From NCBI GenBank assembly GCA_963822165.1, contig CAWGGK010000011.1, positions 29,113 to 93,112 on the forward strand: a stretch of 64,000 nt of DNA, given 5' to 3'. Shown piece after piece: positions 31,109-42,571 of this stretch (its first letter is position 1; every line of letters starts with the position of its first letter). The notes beneath the pieces are model-generated. The model made no database searches. It was not told the origin of the DNA and saw only the letters and a program-made list of their open reading frames with translations. The stretch is from an uncultured Alphaproteobacteria bacterium. GTDB lineage: Bacteria > Pseudomonadota > Alphaproteobacteria > Rhizobiales > Beijerinckiaceae. The translations under genes were made by a program, and so were the position numbers.

Positions 31109-32173
31109 TTGACCAAGAAAGTCATCCACGTCGGCGTCGGGGCGTTCGGCCGACGCTGGTGCACGGAGTTTCTCGCTTCGAACATCGCGGACCGCACGAT
31201 CGAAGTCGTCGCGCTTGTGGACGTCGATCCCAAGGCGCTTGAGTTCGGGCGCAAAGCGCTCAAGCTGCCGGCTGAGGTCTGCTACACGGATCCTCGGGAA
31301 GCATTCGCCGCTCATCGCGCGGACTTCTGCACTATTGTCGTGCCGCCGAACTATCACGAGGCAATCGTTGACGTCGCCCTGGAATTCGGGCTCGACATCC
31401 TGTCCGAAAAGCCGATCGCCGATACCATGGAGGCCTCCGCCCGCATCGTCAAAAAGGTGAAGGCGGCGGGACGAAGGATGGCCGTGACAATGAGCCATCG
31501 TTTCGACCAGGACAAGACGACGCTGCGGCAGATTGTACAGTCTGGACAACTCGGCAAGGTCAATACCGTATCCTGCCGCTATGCGGCTGACCTGCGCGAG
31601 CACATGGCATGGGGCGCGTTGTTCCGGCATACCATGCTGGACCCGCTGATGATCGAGGGTGCAGTGCATCACCTTGACCTGGTGGCGGATTTCGCCGGGG
31701 CTCAGTGCCAGACGCTCACGGCCTCCACCTGGCGGCCGGCTTGGGCCAGATACGCCGGCGATACCGACGGCATCGTGATGATGACGTTTCTCAACGGTGT
31801 GCGTGGCGTCTACGAGGGTTCATCCAGTGCTGCGGTGGGCCTGAACGACTGGTCCAAGGAATATGTCCGTGTCGATTGCGAACTCGGGACCGCGATCCTC
31901 AACAACCGCGAAATCGAGATCTTCAGCCGCAGCGACCTCGTGCGCCAGCGCTGCCGTGAAGGCCAGGGCCAGAAGATTCAGCTCATCACCCAGCCGAAAT
32001 GGCTGAACAACTGGCTGATCGAGAAATTCGCCAACTGGCTTGATGGCGGCCCCATGATGGAGACACATGTCGAAGCCAATTTGCACGCATCGGCCCTGAT
32101 CTTCGCCGGGATCGAAAGCTCGCGGAAGGGACAGACCATTGACGTTCAGGAGTACATCCGATCGTTCGGTTGA
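31109..32173 (+). CDS. Gfo/Idh/MocA family oxidoreductase
   Basis: HVGVGAFG, VVPPNYH, LSEKP and IEGAVHHLD; TTG start directly after the cupin stop. Confidence 0.9.
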   Translation: MTKKVIHVGVGAFGRRWCTEFLASNIADRTIEVVALVDVDPKALEFGRKALKLPAEVCYTDPREAFAAHRADFCTIVVPPNYHEAIVDVALEFGLDILSEKPIADTMEASARIVKKVKAAGRRMAVTMSHRFDQDKTTLRQIVQSGQLGKVNTVSCRYAADLREHMAWGALFRHTMLDPLMIEGAVHHLDLVADFAGAQCQTLTASTWRPAWARYAGDTDGIVMMTFLNGVRGVYEGSSSAAVGLNDWSKEYVRVDCELGTAILNNREIEIFSRSDLVRQRCREGQGQKIQLITQPKWLNNWLIEKFANWLDGGPMMETHVEANLHASALIFAGIESSRKGQTIDVQEYIRSFG

Positions 32174-34043
32174 CCCTCGCCTTCTCCGTACCCAGCGGGA
32201 CAGGCACGCTGGAAGGGGTTTGGCAGGCGCCGACGCGGGATCGGAGCGCAGGCTGGAGTCTGCGCCCTTTCTCGTGGGTGCGGCGATTGGAACGGGGATG
32301 GCCGCCCAATCGGCCGATAAGAGGAGGAGCCGACTTCCTGCTCGCGCTCAGTGCCGGGCGGATGCGGAACATCGGAGAACCCTCTATCGCGACGATGCTT
32401 CCGATGCGCGATAGCAACGATTTCGTCATGAGTTTCGCGACGACCGAAATTCTGCCGCGGGCCACAGTTCCGGTTTTCTTCGGCGCCTGCTGCTTCGATC
32501 CGCGGCTCGACCTTGCTGAGCTCATCGCGCGCGTCGCCGATGCCGGCTTTGAAGGGGTCGCCAACTTCCCAACGGCGGCGCTGATCGACGGCGCGTACCG
32601 GCAATTCCTGGAGCAGGCAGGATGTGGGTTTGCCCGGGAGCTCGATATGCTGGCTCTTGCCCGCGAGAGGGGCCTCGCCACGCTCGCGTACATCCATACT
32701 CGCGATGAAGCCCTGGCGGCGGCTGCCCGGGGCGTCGATATCATCAATATCGATCTGGGCTGGAACATGGGAGGCGTACTCGGCGTCGAGTTCGAACTTG
32801 CGGCTCGGACCAGGCTGCGCTGTCAGTCGCCGGAATCGCCCGGACCGTCCACGCCGATTTCCCGAAGACGCGATGCGTCGTTGAAGGGGGGCCGATCGTC
32901 AGCCCCAAGCAGCTCGAAGACCTCTGCATGGTCGCTCGCGTCGATGGCTATGTCGGCGGGTCAACCATCGACCGCGTGCCATCCGAGAGCGCCATCGAGA
33001 TCGTGACGGCTGCCTTCAAGGCTATTGGTTCGCTCCGGCAGAGAATGGACGGGCTCGAACGCCGTTTGGATCGCCGCTGGTTTCCGCGCTGTTTGTGGGG
33101 CCATTCGCACGCCATCGAAAATGCGAGGGCGGTTTTCGCGCGCCTGGTGACAACGGATCACCCTGTTGTGATCGTTGGCGAGGACGGCACCGGGCGGCGC
33201 GAAGTCGCGAGGGCACTGCATGCCTTCAGTTCCCGCAAACGCCGCGACCCCATCACCGTGACCTGCTCCAGCCTGCCGGCCGAAAGGCTCGAAATTGACA
33301 TGTTCGGCTGTGAGGCCGGCGCCCGCCCCCATGTCACCAAGACGCGGATTGGCTGGCTGGAGATCGCACGGGGCTCATCCCTGATCCTGGCCCAGATCGA
33401 GGACCTGCCTGTCACCATCCAGCGCGCCTTGATCGACGCCGTGGAGAGCCGACACTTCTACCGGATCGGCGGCGAAACGCCGATACCGCTCGACGTCCGC
33501 TTTCTTGCGCTTGCGCGCCAGCCTCTAAAGGACATGCCGGATACGGCGCTCGACCCCCGCTTTTCGGAATGGATTGGCTGCTTTACCCTTGTCATGCCGC
33601 CCTTGCGCGAGCGCATAGACGACATGCCCTCCCTGATCGAGGAGACACTCGCGCTTGTCGAAGCCCGGGGAGGCGGGGTGCGCAAGACGCTCGATCCGAC
33701 GGCCTTCAGGACCCTCGCGGATTACCACTGGCCCGGCAATCTGCGCGAACTGAACGCGGTTCTCGAGCGTGCAGCCTTGGCCAGCCCCGGCAGCGTGATC
33801 GAGATACAGCATCTGCCGGCGCTCGACGGCGCCCGCCGACACGATCCCCTGCTGGCATCCACTTCGGAGAAGGAATGGATTCTCGAGGCGCTGAAGCAGA
33901 ACCGCTTTCGCCGCGGACGTACGGCCGATTACCTCGGCATGTCGCGCAAAACGCTCTATAATAAAATTCAGGCTTTTGGCCTACTTAGCGCCGAGGTTCA
34001 AACTCGATCTCGACCGTCGCGAGGGGTTCATTCGGAGCCCTGA
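32170..34043 (+). CDS. PEP-hydrolase-like TIM barrel fused to a sigma54-interaction-type AAA+ domain and Fis HTH (frameshifted)
   Basis: N-terminal GAAIGTGMAA, ANFPTAALIDG and GYVGGSTIDR; C-terminal GEDGTGR, PPLRERIDD, WPGNLREL and TADYLGMSRKTLYNK; spans ORFs 32139, 32170 and 32928. Confidence 0.8.
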
Positions 34044-34049
34044 CCTGGG

Positions 34050-34496
34050 TTAGCGCCGCCGGGCCAGGACTGCCTTCTCGAGCGCAACGATTCCGGCCGC
34101 AAAAGTGTCCTGCCCGACCTGTTGGCGGATACGCGACTCATCTTCTGGCGCTACATCGAACTCCGCCATCCATTCGACGAAGGTCCGGTTGTCCGCCGTG
34201 ATCGGCTTCAAACCGAAGGTCGCGACGTAGTTTGCGATCGGCATGGGCGAAATGATGATATTATAAACAAACTGGCGGTCGAGATCGCTGAAGGAGAGCA
34301 GACGCTCGCGCAGATGCCCACCGCTGGTGGTCGTGAAATTGCGGACGCAGCCGACCTGGTCGCTCGGAGCACCGTCCTCGATATGACTTTCCGCAATGAT
34401 CGGGTGCCACTCGCCGTGTCCATTAAAGTCTCGGGCATAAGCCCAGACCTCGTCGACGGGTGCATTGATCACGCCGCTCACGTAAACCTTGGCCAT
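34050..34496 (-). CDS. SRPBCC/START-like protein
   Basis: VINAPVDEVWAYARDF..WHP..VGCVR..ERLL..TFVEWMAEF; 148 aa; last gene of the operon. Confidence 0.88.
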   Translation of the reverse strand: MAKVYVSGVINAPVDEVWAYARDFNGHGEWHPIIAESHIEDGAPSDQVGCVRNFTTTSGGHLRERLLSFSDLDRQFVYNIIISPMPIANYVATFGLKPITADNRTFVEWMAEFDVAPEDESRIRQQVGQDTFAAGIVALEKAVLARRR

Positions 34497-34525
34497 TGCG
34501 GGTCGTCCTTGTTCTTGATGCGCTT

Positions 34526-35362
34526 TTACAGGGATGAGAGGCCGAGAGACTTGAAACTGCGCGTGCGATCCGTCAGTGCGAGCTCGGTCGGGAGCCGCTC
34601 CATGCTGCTGGCGCCGTAAAAGCCGTGGCATCCAGGACTGTGGGTGAGGACGAACCGTGCGTCCTCCGGCTCCGCAATCGGGCCTCCATGACACAGGACG
34701 ATGACGTCGCTCCGCACGGACCTTGCTGCGTCGGCGATCACGGTGACACGCGCGACGCAGTCGTCGAGCTGGAGAGCAGTCTCCGCCCCGATCGCACCAC
34801 CCGTCGTCAATCCCATATGCGCGACGATGATGTCGGCGCCTGCCCGGGTCATTGCCGCGGCTTCGTCGGTGTTGAAGACGTAGGGTGTGGTGAGCATGTC
34901 CTTGGCGTGGGCGAGAGCAACGAGGTCGACCTCCAGCCCGTACCCCATCCCTGTTTCCTCGAGATTGGCCCGGAAGACGCCATCGATCAGACCCACGGTC
35001 GGGAAGTTCTGGATGCCCGCAAAGCCCAGTGACTTCAGGTGGTCGAGGAAGCTGTCGAAGTGGCAAAACGGGTCGGTGCCGTTGACGCCCGCCAGCACGG
35101 GCGTGCGCCGGATCACCGGCAGCACTTCAGATGCCATCTCCAGGACGATATCGTTCGCGTTGCCATAGGCCAGCATGCCAGCCAGGGACCCTCGTCCCGC
35201 CATGCGGTAACGGCCTGAATTGTAAATCACGATGAGGTCGATCCCGCCGGCCTCCTCGCACTTGGCCGACAGGCCGGTCCCGGCCCCGCCGCCGATGATC
35301 GGTTCGCCGCGCCGGATCATGTCGTGGAACCGCTCCAGGAGGGCTTTTCGGTCGAAACGCAT
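34526..35362 (-). CDS. PEP-hydrolase-like TIM-barrel protein (homologue of the Tm-1 C-terminal domain)
   Basis: [59 protein letters not shown]. Confidence 0.9.
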   Translation of the reverse strand: MRFDRKALLERFHDMIRRGEPIIGGGAGTGLSAKCEEAGGIDLIVIYNSGRYRMAGRGSLAGMLAYGNANDIVLEMASEVLPVIRRTPVLAGVNGTDPFCHFDSFLDHLKSLGFAGIQNFPTVGLIDGVFRANLEETGMGYGLEVDLVALAHAKDMLTTPYVFNTDEAAAMTRAGADIIVAHMGLTTGGAIGAETALQLDDCVARVTVIADAARSVRSDVIVLCHGGPIAEPEDARFVLTHSPGCHGFYGASSMERLPTELALTDRTRSFKSLGLSSL

Positions 35363-35365
35363 GGA

Positions 35366-36583
35366 TCAAGCCTCCGCCATCGCGGCGTTAAAATGATGCA
35401 GCACCGCCGCTGCAAATGCAGGGTCGTTGATCGCGCGGGGCACGCGTTCCACCCGGCGCAAGCGGGTCTGCCGCACGGTGTGCTCAAGCGCTGAAAAGAG
35501 GGCCGCGTCGGCCTCCACATCGAAGAACGGCTGGCCGGGCGCATCGAGGAGGGACACGCCGCCTTCCGGCAGAAGAAACCTGACCGGACCGTCGCAACGG
35601 TTGAGGCGCTCGCCGATCCAACGCCCGATCTGGGCATTCTCCTCCGGCGTTGTTCGCATCAGCGTCACGTGCGGGTTGTGGCGGTAGAGCAAGCGGCCGG
35701 CATAGCGCTCCGGCACCGTCGCGGGCGGGCCGAAATTGACCATGTCGAGCGCGCCGCAGGATCCGACATAAGGCAGTCGGGACCGGGCGATGGCCCCGAA
35801 GCGGTCGTTCGTGCAGGGGAAGATCCCACCCAGCAGAAGATCGCAGACCTCCGTCGTGGTGATGTCCAGCACGGCTGAGAGCAAGCCGGACTCGGCGAGC
35901 TTTTCCATCGATTGTCCACCTGTCCCGGTCGCATGAAAAACGAGGCAGTCGAACCGGTCCTTCAAGGCGGTTTCCAGGGCTCGAACGCAGGGCGTGGTCA
36001 CGCCGAACATTGTGAGCCCGATGGCGGGCTTATCGTCCGAAGGGCAGGACCGCTCGGCCTGTCGCTGCCGTCCCCGTACCATTCCGATGATGGCGCCCGC
36101 GGCATTGGACAGGATCACGCGGGTGATGCGGTTGAGACCGGCAAGATCGGTTACCGAATACATCATGGCGATGTCGCTGGCCCCGACATAGCCTCCCACC
36201 TGCCCAGACGCGACGGTGGACACGATGAGCTTGGGGACGCCGATGGGCAGCACGCGAAAGCCAGGCGCGACTAGCGCCGTTCCGCCCGAGCCGCCGACCC
36301 CGAGCGCCCCTGCCACATCGGCGCGACGCTGCATGAAACGCTCGAAGGCCAGAGACATCCCGGCAACCGCAGTGCCGCGGTCGCCGGTGAACACCGCGTC
36401 CGCCCCGTCCGGATGGCAGTCCGCGACCTCGCGCGCTGGGATGTCGGCCGGTTCGCCATGCGGTGTCGTGGACAGGTCGACGATCACCGCGTCCAGGCCC
36501 TCGGCGCGGATCAGGTCGCGGAGAAAGACAAGCTCCGCGCCCTTGGTGTCCGCCGTTCCCGCGATGTAGACGCGCTGGGCCAT
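35366..36583 (-). CDS. UPF0261 / Tm-1-like ATP-binding domain protein
   Basis: [36 protein letters not shown] and [11 protein letters not shown]. Confidence 0.9.
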   Translation of the reverse strand: MAQRVYIAGTADTKGAELVFLRDLIRAEGLDAVIVDLSTTPHGEPADIPAREVADCHPDGADAVFTGDRGTAVAGMSLAFERFMQRRADVAGALGVGGSGGTALVAPGFRVLPIGVPKLIVSTVASGQVGGYVGASDIAMMYSVTDLAGLNRITRVILSNAAGAIIGMVRGRQRQAERSCPSDDKPAIGLTMFGVTTPCVRALETALKDRFDCLVFHATGTGGQSMEKLAESGLLSAVLDITTTEVCDLLLGGIFPCTNDRFGAIARSRLPYVGSCGALDMVNFGPPATVPERYAGRLLYRHNPHVTLMRTTPEENAQIGRWIGERLNRCDGPVRFLLPEGGVSLLDAPGQPFFDVEADAALFSALEHTVRQTRLRRVERVPRAINDPAFAAAVLHHFNAAMAEA

Positions 36584-36596
36584 CCGCCGACCCGCC

Positions 36597-37316
36597 TCAG
36601 ATCTTTTCCAGGGGCTCGACCCGGACATTCAGCATGGGGCCCGGTTCGATTGCAGCCGGCCGCGCCCAACGGACGCCATTGGCGATCACTTTGCAGATGG
36701 TGGTGTCGTGGTAGGTCGGAAAAGTTTCGTGGCCAGGACGGAAGTAAAAGATCTTGCCGCGGCCGCGCCGGTAGCAACAGCCGCTGCGGAAGACCTCACC
36801 ACCCTTGAACCAGCTCAAGAAGACGAGCTCGTCGGGAGCAGGAACCTCAAAGGGCTCGCAATACATCTCCTCAAGGGGCAGCTCGAAATGAGCGGGGATC
36901 CCCTCGGCAACGGGGTGGGCAGGGTCGACCACCCAAAGCCTTTCAAGCTCTCCGTCGGCGCGCCACCGCACGGTGCATGCGGTGCCCATCAGGCGCTTGA
37001 AAGGCTTCGAAAAATGCCCGGAGTGGAGGGCCACGAGACCCATGCCGAGATGGACGCGGTTCGCCACCGCGGCAGCCAAGGCGTCGGAGACCTCGTCATG
37101 CGCGCGGTGTCCCCACCAGACCAGCACGTCGGTGGCGTCGAGGACATCGGCCGGAAGGCCCTGATCGGGATCGTCAAGCGTGACCGTCCTTACTTCCGTG
37201 ATGCCGTTGGCCTGCAAGCCGGCGGCCAGCGCCATATGGATGCCGTCGGGATAGATGGCCGAGACGGCCGGGTTCTGCTTTTCATGCCGGTACTCGTTCC
37301 AAACGGTCACTCGCAT
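36597..37316 (-). CDS. thuA: ThuA-like trehalose utilization protein
   Basis: [51 protein letters not shown]. Confidence 0.88.
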   Translation of the reverse strand: MRVTVWNEYRHEKQNPAVSAIYPDGIHMALAAGLQANGITEVRTVTLDDPDQGLPADVLDATDVLVWWGHRAHDEVSDALAAAVANRVHLGMGLVALHSGHFSKPFKRLMGTACTVRWRADGELERLWVVDPAHPVAEGIPAHFELPLEEMYCEPFEVPAPDELVFLSWFKGGEVFRSGCCYRRGRGKIFYFRPGHETFPTYHDTTICKVIANGVRWARPAAIEPGPMLNVRVEPLEKI

Positions 37317-37383
37317 CGTTCAACTCTCCTCGAACCCACTCAATCGTGCCCTTCCCCGGCAAACAATAATCTTTCGGCCAGGT

Positions 37384-39357
37384 TCACGACTCGCGCATCC
37401 ACACCTGCATCTCGCCAGGCTCGCGATTGTCCCACGCGAAGTACGGGACGGCGGTAAAAGCGGCCGCAAGCCGCTCGGGCGGTTGCTGGCGATACAGGAC
37501 GCCGTCCCAACCTGCGCTGCTCTCCGTCCTGGCCTCGGCGCTCAGGACAACCGTGCCGCCCAGCATGTCGGGAGCGAACCGCGCCTGGACGTCGACGTCG
37601 CGGCCAAGAGTAAGCCTGTCCAGCGGCACGTCGTGGTCGACGCCCTCGGCGCAGAACAGGATCGGTCCCCGCCGGAAGGCCACGCGCCCTCTGTCGAACC
37701 GCACATCAGGATGCGCGTAGATCCGCTGCACGGTCATCGGCAGGCGCAATTGTACGACTTCTCCGTCACGCCATTCCCGTTCGATCCGGACGTAGCCATT
37801 CGCGGTCGCGGCTTTTGCTTCGACCGCTTCACCATTCACGAAAATCGACGGGCTCTCGCACCAGCCGGGCACGCGCAACAGCAGCGCAAAGGAGGCGGGC
37901 TGCTTGAGTTCGATACCGATCTTGACGTCGCCATCCCAGGGATAGGATGTACGCTGCCTAATCCGAACCGGCGTAAGGCCAACCGTGAGATCGGCTTCGC
38001 TGTCAGCGTAGAGATGCACTGCGATCGTGTCCTCGCCGATCCCGTAATGCAGTGCGCCGACCGAGGCGATAAGGCGCGCGAGATTAGGCGGACAGCATGG
38101 GCAGCGGTGCCACTCCCAGCGGTGGTGATCGCCCAGGCTCGCCAGCGGGTTCTCGTAGAAAAAGCGCGAGCCGTCGAGCGATGCGCCCGCGAGCGCCCCG
38201 TTGTAGAGCGCCTGCTCCATGACGTCGGCGTAACGCGCATCCGGCGAGACGCCGAGCATCCGGCTGGCCCAGAACACCAGCCCCACGGCAGCGCATGTTT
38301 CGGCATAGGCGCTCTCGTTGGGCAGGTCGTAGTCCCGCGTGAAACCCTCATTGTCCTGAGACGGGCCGAGGCCTCCCGTGACGTAAAGGCGCTTCGTGAC
38401 AAGGTCGTCCCACAAGGTTTCCAGCGTGCTTCGCAATCCGGCATCGCCAAATTCGGTCACCAGATCGGCCATGGCGGAATAAAGGTACATGGCGCGCACG
38501 GCATGGCCCACGACCTTTGTCTGCTCGCGGACGGGGATGTGGGACTGGTTGTAGTCGGGCGTGCGGTGGGCGAAGGCCTCCGGAGGCTCTCCGCGTTCCT
38601 GCGCCTCCAGCTCGAAATAGCGCGGCTTTTTCCCGCGCTCGTCGATGAAATAGCGGGCCTGTTCGAGGTAGCGGCGCTGTCCTGTAACCCGGGCAAGCTT
38701 GACCAGCGCCAGTTCGATCTCCTCATGCCCGCAATAGCCCTTGCGCTTGCCTGGCTCCGGCCCGAACTGGCCAATGATGTGATCGGCGTAGCGGCACATG
38801 ACATCGAGGAACTTGCGCTTGCCGGTCGCCTCGAAATAGGCGACCGCGGCCTCGATCATGTGGCCGGCGCAATAGAGCTCATGGCAATCGCGCAGGTTCA
38901 ACCACCGCTTGCCCGGCTGCATCCGCTGAAACCAGCTGTTGAGATAGCCGTCCGGCGCCTGCAGGTCGTGATACATGTCCACGATCCCGTCCACCATCGC
39001 CTCGAGCGCGGCGTCGCGCCGGCCGGCGAGGCAGGCGGAAGCGGCCTCGATCACCTTCGCGACATCGGAATCCCAGTACATCTGAGATGTGACGTTGCCT
39101 CCGACCGGCCGGACCTTGCTGCCCCCAAAGGCGGTACTGAAGGGAATGCGCTGCTCGGGGACCGGGCGATGCGGATCGATCTGATCGAACATGCCGGCCT
39201 CCTCGCACCTGCGGTGCAGGATGGGGACGGTGCGGTTGCGGGTGGCGTCGATGCGCTCCGCCCAGAAGCCGCCCATGCGGACCTGTCCAAGGCCGGGCGG
39301 CCGAAGGCAGACGCAGGAGGGAGATGAAGCGCCAGGCGCCGAATCTGGTATCGTCAT
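37384..39357 (-). CDS. GH127 beta-L-arabinofuranosidase-like glycosidase
   Basis: DSDVAK.IE, HELYCAGH, GHEEIELAL, GHAVRAMY, YAETCA and CPCCPPN (Zn/Cys ligands). Confidence 0.92.
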   Translation of the reverse strand: MTIPDSAPGASSPSCVCLRPPGLGQVRMGGFWAERIDATRNRTVPILHRRCEEAGMFDQIDPHRPVPEQRIPFSTAFGGSKVRPVGGNVTSQMYWDSDVAKVIEAASACLAGRRDAALEAMVDGIVDMYHDLQAPDGYLNSWFQRMQPGKRWLNLRDCHELYCAGHMIEAAVAYFEATGKRKFLDVMCRYADHIIGQFGPEPGKRKGYCGHEEIELALVKLARVTGQRRYLEQARYFIDERGKKPRYFELEAQERGEPPEAFAHRTPDYNQSHIPVREQTKVVGHAVRAMYLYSAMADLVTEFGDAGLRSTLETLWDDLVTKRLYVTGGLGPSQDNEGFTRDYDLPNESAYAETCAAVGLVFWASRMLGVSPDARYADVMEQALYNGALAGASLDGSRFFYENPLASLGDHHRWEWHRCPCCPPNLARLIASVGALHYGIGEDTIAVHLYADSEADLTVGLTPVRIRQRTSYPWDGDVKIGIELKQPASFALLLRVPGWCESPSIFVNGEAVEAKAATANGYVRIEREWRDGEVVQLRLPMTVQRIYAHPDVRFDRGRVAFRRGPILFCAEGVDHDVPLDRLTLGRDVDVQARFAPDMLGGTVVLSAEARTESSAGWDGVLYRQQPPERLAAAFTAVPYFAWDNREPGEMQVWMRES

Positions 39358-39373
39358 AGCATCATCCTCGAGG

Positions 39374-40225
39374 TCATTTCAGGGCGCCCGCGGTCAGGCC
39401 CGCGACGATCCGGCGCTGCAGAAAGAGGAAGGCGATCAGGATCGGCAGGACGAAGATCGACGAGAACGCCATGACCCTGTGCCAGTCCGCATACTCCGCG
39501 CCGACGAAGCTGTAGATGCCGACGGTCGCGGGCTGCAATTCCTGCTGGCTCAGCAGCGTCATGGCGTAGACGAACTGGCCGTAGGCCTGCACGAAGCTCA
39601 ACGTGCCAACAACGATCAGCGGGACGCGCATGATCGGCAGAACGATGAGGCGGAAGGTCTGCAGCGGCGTGCAGCCATCGACGAACGACGCCTCCTCTAA
39701 CTCGATCGGCACCTGACGGAACATCGGCCGCAGGATCACCAGCGCGAAGGACAGGGTCTTGGATGCGGTGGCGAGGATGACCGCGAGGAACGTGTTCAGG
39801 ATGTCGAGCGACTTGAAGATGATAAACATTGGCGTGGCGAGCAGCGCCTCGGGGAAGACCTGCAGCAGCAGGACGAGGATGAGCGCCACATCCACCAGCC
39901 GCCCGCGCAGACGGCTCATGGCATAGGCGCCCATCGACCCCATGACCAGGGTCAGCAGCGTCACGGGGATAGCGATGGTGAGGCTGTTGCGCAAATAGCG
40001 AAGGACGTTCTCGCGCACGAACACGTATTCGAACGCGGCCATCGTGGGCTGGCGTGGAACGAAGGTCGGCGGATTGGCGAAGATTTCCGATGACGACTTC
40101 AGCCCGGAGATGAACATCCAGTAGATCGGGAACAGGTAGATCGCAACGAACGCCGCGGCGAAGACGGCGTGCGGGATACCGCCGAACGGCAGCGAACCCA
40201 GGCGGCGAAAACGGGGCGTCTTCAT
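39374..40225 (-). CDS. Carbohydrate ABC permease
   Basis: P.ELEEASFVDGC EAA loop; six TM segments. Confidence 0.9.
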   Translation of the reverse strand: MKTPRFRRLGSLPFGGIPHAVFAAAFVAIYLFPIYWMFISGLKSSSEIFANPPTFVPRQPTMAAFEYVFVRENVLRYLRNSLTIAIPVTLLTLVMGSMGAYAMSRLRGRLVDVALILVLLLQVFPEALLATPMFIIFKSLDILNTFLAVILATASKTLSFALVILRPMFRQVPIELEEASFVDGCTPLQTFRLIVLPIMRVPLIVVGTLSFVQAYGQFVYAMTLLSQQELQPATVGIYSFVGAEYADWHRVMAFSSIFVLPILIAFLFLQRRIVAGLTAGALK

Positions 40226-41103
40226 TCGCCCTCCTTGTTCAGCGTGCGCACATAGACGAGCGCGACACCAAACACGATGACGAAGGCGAAGGTGCCGATC
40301 GCGGCGCCGACACCGAACTGGAACTGCTGGAACGAGAACTGGTAGCTGAGGAGAGGCAGCACGTTGCTGGCGTCCAGCGGACCGCCGTGGGTTGTCACGA
40401 AGATCAGGTCGAAGGCGCGCATGGTGTAGATCGTGACGAGGCAGGCGATGGCCAGCAGCGCCGGGCGGATCGCCGGGAGCGTGATGAATCGGAACCGGGC
40501 GAGCGCGCCGGCGCCGTCCAGCGCGGCGGCCTCGTAGAGCTCCTCCTGAACGCTCGTCAGCGCGGCCGCCACCAGGATCATGCTGAAGGGCATTCCGAAC
40601 CAGACATTGGCGATGGTCACGGAGGTGAGCGCAATGGAGGGATCGGAGAGCCAGTGAACCGGAGCGCTGACGAGCCCTAGGCCGCGCAGAACAAAATTGG
40701 CCACGCCGTACTCGGTCGCGAAGATCCACTTCCACAGCGCGCCGACGACGAGGGCGGGCAGCATCCAGGACGCGAGCAGCAGGCCGCGCATGAACGGCGC
40801 TCCCGGGAAGCGCTGCGAGAAGAAAAGCGCAAGGGCCAGGCCGATCCCGACCTGCGCGATCACGTTGACGATGACGAAGACGAGGGAATTGACGAAGACC
40901 TTGCGAAACGACGGGTCGGCCAGAACCTCGCGGTAATTGTCGAACCCGACAAATGGTCTCATGAACTCGGCGAGGTTGCCGAGGTTCACTTCCTGAACGC
41001 TCATGATGACGTTGTAGACGATCGGGAAACCGACGAACGCCAGCAGATACGCGATCGGAAGGATCAGGAAGACGTGGAGCAGCGCGTTCCGCGTTGCGAC
41101 CAT
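40222..41103 (-). CDS. Carbohydrate ABC permease
   Basis: VGFDNY, ELYEAAALDGA and THGGP motifs. Confidence 0.9.
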   Translation of the reverse strand: MVATRNALLHVFLILPIAYLLAFVGFPIVYNVIMSVQEVNLGNLAEFMRPFVGFDNYREVLADPSFRKVFVNSLVFVIVNVIAQVGIGLALALFFSQRFPGAPFMRGLLLASWMLPALVVGALWKWIFATEYGVANFVLRGLGLVSAPVHWLSDPSIALTSVTIANVWFGMPFSMILVAAALTSVQEELYEAAALDGAGALARFRFITLPAIRPALLAIACLVTIYTMRAFDLIFVTTHGGPLDASNVLPLLSYQFSFQQFQFGVGAAIGTFAFVIVFGVALVYVRTLNKEGE

Positions 41104-41134
41104 CAGGGGTCTCCGAACGTTAAGCGTGCGGGGC

Positions 41135-41158
41135 CGGTGGCGACCGCAGCCGCCACCG
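41135..41158 (-). other. Intercistronic hairpin between binding-protein and permease genes
   Basis: CGGTGGCG-N8-CGCCACCG, a perfect 8-bp stem. Confidence 0.4.
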
Positions 41159-41248
41159 TTCCGGATCTCGAGGCGAGCCGATCACCCCGTGCGGAGCCTC
41201 GGACCGAAGTGGGACGGCGAGTCGTCGGACACGGCCGGACTGTTCCCG

Positions 41249-42479
41249 TCAGAGCGGGGTCCGCGCGAGGATCGGCTCGATCTTCTTGGCAGCCTCGCCC
41301 AGCGCGACGTCGGCGGGCTTTGCTCCCGTGATTGCTTCCTGCATCGCGGTCTGGATCGCCCGGGAAATGTCAGGCCATTGCGGATGCGGGCCACGGGCGC
41401 GCGCGCTCTGGAGCTGCTCGCGGTAGATTCCGTAGGCCTGGGGCCAGAGCGGATTCTGCACTACCACGTCGGACCGCGGCGCCAGTCGCCCGGTCGCCCA
41501 GCCTTCGTTCAGGATCTTCGGGTTCGACATGAACTCGATGAACTTGAAGGCGCCATCGACCGACTTTGCGCCCTTGGGCACCACCCAGTCATAACCGCCC
41601 AAGGCGGAGGCCCTGATGTTCTTGTCATCCTTGACGGGCAGGAGCGACAGCTTCCAGTCGAACTTTGCGTCCGTCTGCAGGCGAGGCAGTTCCCATGGCC
41701 CGCACAGCACCATGGCGTTGTTGCCGGCCATGAAGGTGTTGGTGACCTCATACTGACGCTGGTTGATGACGTCCTTGGATGCCGTTCCGTTTTTCACCAG
41801 ATCCGCCCAGAGCTTGAGGGCGGAGGCGGCTTCAGGCGTATTGAGATTGCTGACATTGCCGCCGGCCTGGTGGAGGAAGGGCAGCCACTGGAACACGCCC
41901 TCTTCGCCCTGCACCGCGCTGAAGCCGAAGCCGTAGACGTTCTTGGCGGGGTCGCGCAGTTTTTCCGCGGCGGAGGTCAGTTCCGACCATGTCTTGGGCG
42001 GTTTGTCGGGATCGAGCCCCTTGGCCCGGAACATATCAGCATTGTAGCACAGCGCCAGCGTGTTGGCGTCGCGCGGGACAGCATAGATCTTCGACTTCCA
42101 CAGTCCGGAGGCCCAGGGACCTGCGAAATAGACATTCGGCTTGATGAAGGTCGACTTGCCGACCAGATCCGTCAGGTCGGTCAGAGTGCCCTGCGCCGAG
42201 AAGCTCGCCACGACGGGATTGTCGAGGGTCACCAGATCAGGGACAGAACCGGTCGCAATCGCCTTGATCAGTTCTGTCGTGATCTGCGGGACCGGGGACG
42301 ATGCGTGCCTCGATCTTGTACTCGGTCTGCGACTCGTTGAACGACTTGATCCCGCCATAGATCATGTCGGTCTCGAGGTTGAACGGATGCCAGAGCGAAA
42401 CGGTCTTTGTTTGGGCCGAGGCAGGCAGAACCGCCAGGCAGGCCGTGGCTGTCAAAGCAAGCGTAAACTGTCTCAGCAT
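41249..42479 (-). CDS. Sugar ABC substrate-binding protein (frameshift near 42300)
   Basis: Signal peptide MLRQFTLAL..ASAQ with GGAGGAG RBS; PDL..YAVP..YNADMF..PKTWSEL motifs. Confidence 0.88.
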
Positions 42480-42571
42480 TGCATCTCCTCCGGGTTGGGC
42501 ATTGTTTTGGGTCTGCCCTGTTAAAAGTGTGCGGGAACCGCAAGCGACCAACAAGTTAAACCCGTTAGATG

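Noticed and set aside
35366-36583. Tm-1-like genes as an anti-phage defence system
   Set aside because: The plant homologue is antiviral, but the context here is entirely catabolic and transport-related, with no defence neighbours; nothing in the sequence supports it.
37255-39327. 690-aa plus-strand ORF, and similar long antisense ORFs (20874..22922, 61456..63111, 1020..2441)
   Set aside because: Each fully overlaps a well-supported gene on the opposite strand; typical high-GC shadow ORFs.
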